From Sedimentisphaerales bacterium (GTDB lineage: Bacteria; Planctomycetota; Phycisphaerae; Sedimentisphaerales; Anaerobacaceae): DNA of 64,000 nucleotides. The notes beneath the pieces were generated by a model. The model did no database searches. It saw only the letters and a list, made by a program, of their open reading frames with translations, and had not been told where the DNA came from. The DNA is taken from assembly GCA_963708075.1 (NCBI GenBank), contig OY970194.1, forward strand, positions 6,336,001 to 6,400,000. The letters run 5' to 3'. The translations under genes and the position numbers were made by a program. Below are positions 60,482-64,000 of the stretch, piece after piece. The first letter of the stretch is position 1, and each line of letters opens with the position of its first letter.

Positions 60482-61279
60482 ATGACCATGAAGGGGAACA
60501 TTGGGATCGTGGCATGTGTGCTGATGGTGCTGTTCTGCGGCTGCGCAGGGAACCGGGACAAGTCGGGCGAGGCCCGCTGGATCAACCTGTTCAACGGCAA
60601 GAACCTCGACGGCTGGACGCCCAAGATCGCGGGCTATGACCTGGGGGACAACTACGGCAACACCTTCCGCGTCGAGGGCGGCGTCCTGAAGGTCGCGTAT
60701 GACCGATACGAGAAGTTCGACAACAGATTCGGCCACCTGTTCTATAAGGACTCGTTCTCGCACTACCGCATTCGCTTGGAGTACCGCTTTGTGGGTGAAC
60801 AAACTCCCGGCGGACCCGATTGGGCCTTCCGCAACAGCGGCATCATGGTGCACTGCCAGCCGCCCAAGACCATGACGAAGGACCAGAGCTTCCCCGTTTG
60901 CATCGAGGTCCAGCTCCTCGGCGCCGAGGGCACACGCGAGCGATCCACCGGCAACCTGTGCACGCCCGGCACGCACGTTGTGATAAAGGACAAGCTCGTC
61001 ACGCAGCACTGCATCGATTCGAGCTCAAAGAGTTATCCCGGCGACCAGTGGGTGACCGCGGAAGTGGAAGTCCACGGCAACGATCTCATCCGGCACATCA
61101 TCAATGGCCAGGTCGTCCTCGAATACGGCGAGCCCCAGCTCGATGAAAGCGACGCCGATGCGCAGAGGCTGCTCAAGGCCGGCGCCGAGAAAATGGTGCG
61201 CGAGGGCTACATCTCCCTCCAAGCCGAAAGCCACCCTGTCGAATTCCGAAAGATCGAGCTGCTGCCCCTGGAGGAGTAG
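60482..61279 (+). CDS. DUF1080 family protein (second copy), probable lipoprotein
   Basis: WINLFNGKNLDGW, RNSGIMVH, IEVQLL, GYISLQAESHPVEFRKI. Confidence 0.88.
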   Translation: MTMKGNIGIVACVLMVLFCGCAGNRDKSGEARWINLFNGKNLDGWTPKIAGYDLGDNYGNTFRVEGGVLKVAYDRYEKFDNRFGHLFYKDSFSHYRIRLEYRFVGEQTPGGPDWAFRNSGIMVHCQPPKTMTKDQSFPVCIEVQLLGAEGTRERSTGNLCTPGTHVVIKDKLVTQHCIDSSSKSYPGDQWVTAEVEVHGNDLIRHIINGQVVLEYGEPQLDESDADAQRLLKAGAEKMVREGYISLQAESHPVEFRKIELLPLEE

Positions 61280-61313
61280 GAGACTCGGTACAGATGGGCC
61301 GTCACAGAGCTGC

Positions 61314-62006
61314 TTAGGAAGCGTTCCAGTCCGGGGCGGCTTTGATGAACTTGTTCTGCAAGACGGCGCCGATGACCATGGGCACGAGCACCATGGCAGG
61401 TAGGAACCACAGGTTCTGCAGGACGAAGTCTTTGAATTCCGCTTGTGACAACAGGTGATGGCAGACAATGGCCAGGGCGCCGACGGCCAGGAGCACGCTG
61501 CCGCCGAGACTGGTGAAGAGAATGACGGCGATTTTGAAGACGATGAACGAGAGCATGCCTCCGGTGACCAGGCCGATGAGGCCACCGGCCCAGACGTACT
61601 CCTTGGGCAGACCCAGGGCTATCCACGCCCCGGCTGTGAGAATGGCGCCCGAAAGAGCCCCGAGGATACTGACGCCCCAGCGCATGAAGGGGATGGAAAG
61701 CACGGCGAAGAACACGGCGCAGATCAGTGCAAGCCAGAAGCTGTTGCCGTCGATAAGCTGTTGATTCGCCCAGATGCCCAGGGTCATGCCCAGCAGGCCG
61801 AACGAGATCGTGACGAGGATCTTGAAGATTCGCCAGCCGTAGAACAGCCAGACCGTGCCGAAGGCGATGAACGTCAATGCCTCGACCAGGTCGAGCGTGT
61901 TGACGTGTTGCCACAGGACATCGAAGGGCACGATGGGTTCGGGTTGTTGCGCGGACTCGGTCGCGGCCATGAGGACGGTTTGCAGAATGCTTAGCAGGCT
62001 ATTCAT
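61314..62006 (-). CDS. DUF4203-like multi-pass membrane protein
   Basis: LFYGWRIFK..ILFTSLGGS..GAVLQ pattern, several TM segments. Confidence 0.65.
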   Translation of the reverse strand: MNSLLSILQTVLMAATESAQQPEPIVPFDVLWQHVNTLDLVEALTFIAFGTVWLFYGWRIFKILVTISFGLLGMTLGIWANQQLIDGNSFWLALICAVFFAVLSIPFMRWGVSILGALSGAILTAGAWIALGLPKEYVWAGGLIGLVTGGMLSFIVFKIAVILFTSLGGSVLLAVGALAIVCHHLLSQAEFKDFVLQNLWFLPAMVLVPMVIGAVLQNKFIKAAPDWNAS

Positions 62007-62021
62007 TGTACATCCACCATC

Positions 62022-62828
62022 TTATCGATTGCGCCAGGATCGTTTCGATTCTTTCTTCGTCGATTTGGATTTGCCGGACTTTCCCTTTGATTCCTGCTGT
62101 CCGGCCCGACGGCACAAGGAGAGTTGTTCCAGCGTGCCGAATGCGGCCATGCCGGCAAAAACAAGGCTATAGAATGCCGGCCGGTCCGCCAGTCGCCCGA
62201 CGGGGGCGGTCCCTTTGAAAATCACTAGCAGCAGCAGCCCCGCGAAGATCATCACCGTCCCCAGGGTCGCACAGGACAATGCTCCGCCCAGCGACTGAAA
62301 CAACGCGCCCAGGGTCAGCATGCCGGCGGCTACGGCGGCGATGACTGCCCATCGGCCCGGCGTCAGTCTGCCGGCGGCGTGCCGAACGCCATCCATCACG
62401 TCAAGCCCATAGGCGTGAGCCACGCTCAGGCTGTCGCGCACCGACAATTTTGGACTTCGGCTAAGGTTCTCCCCGGCGACCAGCGTGCCGCGGTGTTCCT
62501 GGAGATATGGGTAGGCAAGGACCACGAAGCTGACGGCCAGCGACAGAATTCCCAGCAGCAGGGCGGTGAACGCACGCTGGAACATGGTGGCCAGAAATGC
62601 CGCCGCCAGCGCCGATGTCCCGGCGACTATGCCATTTTCACTCACAGCGAGCAAAGCCGTAACCCCTCCTGCAGCCGCGCCGAGCAGGGCGAACAAGACT
62701 CGCCGAAAGCCCAGTCCACCCAACCAGACGAACAATCCGAGAGCTACCAGCACGAGCCCCGGCACAATCAAGACCAGCGGATTGAACCGGCCTGCCACCT
62801 GCTCGAAGCTCTTGAAAACCTCAATCAT
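62022..62828 (-). CDS. Multi-pass membrane protein, possibly a distant relative of its neighbour
   Basis: 268 aa, hydrophobic, ends GTLEQ plus a basic tail. Confidence 0.6.
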   Translation of the reverse strand: MIEVFKSFEQVAGRFNPLVLIVPGLVLVALGLFVWLGGLGFRRVLFALLGAAAGGVTALLAVSENGIVAGTSALAAAFLATMFQRAFTALLLGILSLAVSFVVLAYPYLQEHRGTLVAGENLSRSPKLSVRDSLSVAHAYGLDVMDGVRHAAGRLTPGRWAVIAAVAAGMLTLGALFQSLGGALSCATLGTVMIFAGLLLLVIFKGTAPVGRLADRPAFYSLVFAGMAAFGTLEQLSLCRRAGQQESKGKSGKSKSTKKESKRSWRNR

Positions 62829-63037
62829 AACGTGCCGTCACAACTTCAGGTCGTACGGGCGCACAATCTCCACCCGCACACCTACACTCTTTATCGGCCT
62901 GTGACCCTGTTTTTCGTTAGACTTGTATGTCTCCAGACGCCGGGGCGGATGGCGCGAAGGCCAATTGATAGGCAAGAACGTCAGTGAAGACAGTCAGGTC
63001 CCCGCCACAGTAAGCCTCATGTACAGGCGACCGGTCA

Positions 63038-63415
63038 TCACATGGGTGTCAATCCGCAGGCCGAAGGCGACTGACCAAATGGAGGCCGAACTCGCGGCTT
63101 CGCAGGTCCATGACAGCCAGCCGACCCTCGTGGTTCCGGACGACGATGAAAAAGCGTGGATCGCTCTCTCGGCGAGACCTCGGCAGGTTCATACTGAGCG
63201 GCGAAACTCTTGACCCCTGTCCGCAGGGACTCAAGCTTATCGTCTGACAAGAACACGTAGCCGCGTTTATACAGAGCATCGACGAAGTGGTCAGCGATGG
63301 CTTCGCTGTGCGCCCTTCCGGGAGGGGGGTCCAGTTTCGCATCCATGGACTCGGCCCCATGGACCAAGCCTGCAAGTGCGGCGACTATCAGCAAAAGAAA
63401 GGGCCGGCCTGTCAT
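63038..63415 (-). CDS. Secreted hypothetical protein, possibly broken, directly downstream of tRNA-Leu
   Basis: Signal-peptide-like start MTGRPFLLLIVAALAGLVHG; protein-like sequence appears to switch frame near 63150. Confidence 0.4.
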   Translation of the reverse strand: MTGRPFLLLIVAALAGLVHGAESMDAKLDPPPGRAHSEAIADHFVDALYKRGYVFLSDDKLESLRTGVKSFAAQYEPAEVSPRERSTLFHRRPEPRGSAGCHGPAKPRVRPPFGQSPSACGLTPM

Positions 63416-63442
63416 GCGCAGTCTCCCTGATAGGCTGCTGAA

Positions 63443-63527
63443 TGCGGATGATAGGAATCGAACCTACACGGGCGTTAAGCCCACAGGCACCTGAAGCCTG
63501 CGCGTCTGCCAGTTCCGCCACATCCGC
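63443..63527 (-). tRNA. tRNA-Leu (CAG)
   Basis: GCGGATGTGGCGGAACTGGCAGACGCG CAGGC-TTCAGGT-GCCTG, long variable arm, GGTTCGATTCC; CCA not encoded. Confidence 0.96.
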
Positions 63528-63539
63528 GGGAACCTTATT

Positions 63540-63568
63540 ATTATCGCCGCACGAGGGGCATCCGTCAA
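63540..63568 (-). promoter_or_regulatory. Sigma70-type promoter TTGACG-N17-GATAAT for the tRNA
   Basis: Immediately upstream of the tRNA 5' end. Confidence 0.55.
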
Positions 63569-63743
63569 GCCCGTTCGGGTTCACTATTTTGCGATTTTTC
63601 GCGGGTGGCGGGATAAGCGGGAATGGAAAGGCAGGCACACCTTGCCAACGCCTGTCATCTCCGGTAAAATACCGGGGTAGAGGTTCACTCGAACAGACCT
63701 GAAGCTGCGACAGGCAGGATATCGGCTTGCTGGAGATCGTTCG

Positions 63744-64000
63744 ATGAGTGAAGTGGTGATAACCGACGTGACGCCGCAACTCGTGGTTGGGATGCGAAAG
63801 CGAGGCACGTATGCCCAGATCCGCCCGATGATGCTGACGCTTCGCGAGTACATCGCGGCCGCCGGGGCTGAGATCGTCGGGCCGCCCGCGTTTATCTGCC
63901 ATGAGAACCCCAAAAACGTGGTGAAAGCCAACCTGCAGCGCAACGCCGACGTGGAAGTGATCATCCCGGTCTCCAAGCGGATCGAGGAAGTCGAAGAGAT
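63744..64000 (+). CDS. GyrI-like small-molecule-binding protein, runs off the window
   Basis: MSEVVITDVTPQLVVGMRKRGTYAQI..YIAAAGAEIVGPPAFICHE..DVEVIIPV; GGAG SD. Confidence 0.7.
   Translation, partial: MSEVVITDVTPQLVVGMRKRGTYAQIRPMMLTLREYIAAAGAEIVGPPAFICHENPKNVVKANLQRNADVEVIIPVSKRIEEVEE

Noticed and set aside
63443..63527. tRNA-Leu as the attachment site of an integrated element in this window
   Set aside because: No integrase and no duplicated tRNA 3' end were found.

Overview
GC-rich bacterial chromosomal window. Gene content (LamG/YYWRVDE-repeat protein, GH78, sulfatase, DUF1080s, planctomycete-type LepB, many ECF sigmas) suggests Planctomycetota, probably Phycisphaerae/Sedimentisphaerales; this assignment is inference. 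Housekeeping genes are asnS, rnc, hemL, lepB, HU, a cold-shock protein, aqpZ, ccsA/ccsB, hemC, cobA-hemD, hemB, a liv-type ABC transporter with paaK, and tRNA-Leu(CAG). Ten genes carry single-unit indels in homopolymer or GC-dinucleotide runs, almost certainly long-read errors. Accessory content includes a restriction-endonuclease-like/STAND-NTPase fusion at the left edge, a tandem array of four paralogous membrane-anchored proteins with a GspG-like C-terminus, and a 24.7-41.9 kb signalling region. That region holds one ECF sigma fused to a multi-pass membrane domain and three ECF sigma + ~600 aa anti-sigma-like cassettes sharing an unrecognised ~300 aa C-terminal domain. The most striking observation is that all three anti-sigma-like genes contain an internal in-frame GGAG-N7-ATG immediately before a signal-peptide-like segment, suggesting two isoforms per gene: a membrane anti-sigma and an exported sensor or decoy. 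Several families of short intergenic repeats and REP-like palindromes are present. No CRISPR array, rRNA, transposase or integrase was seen.
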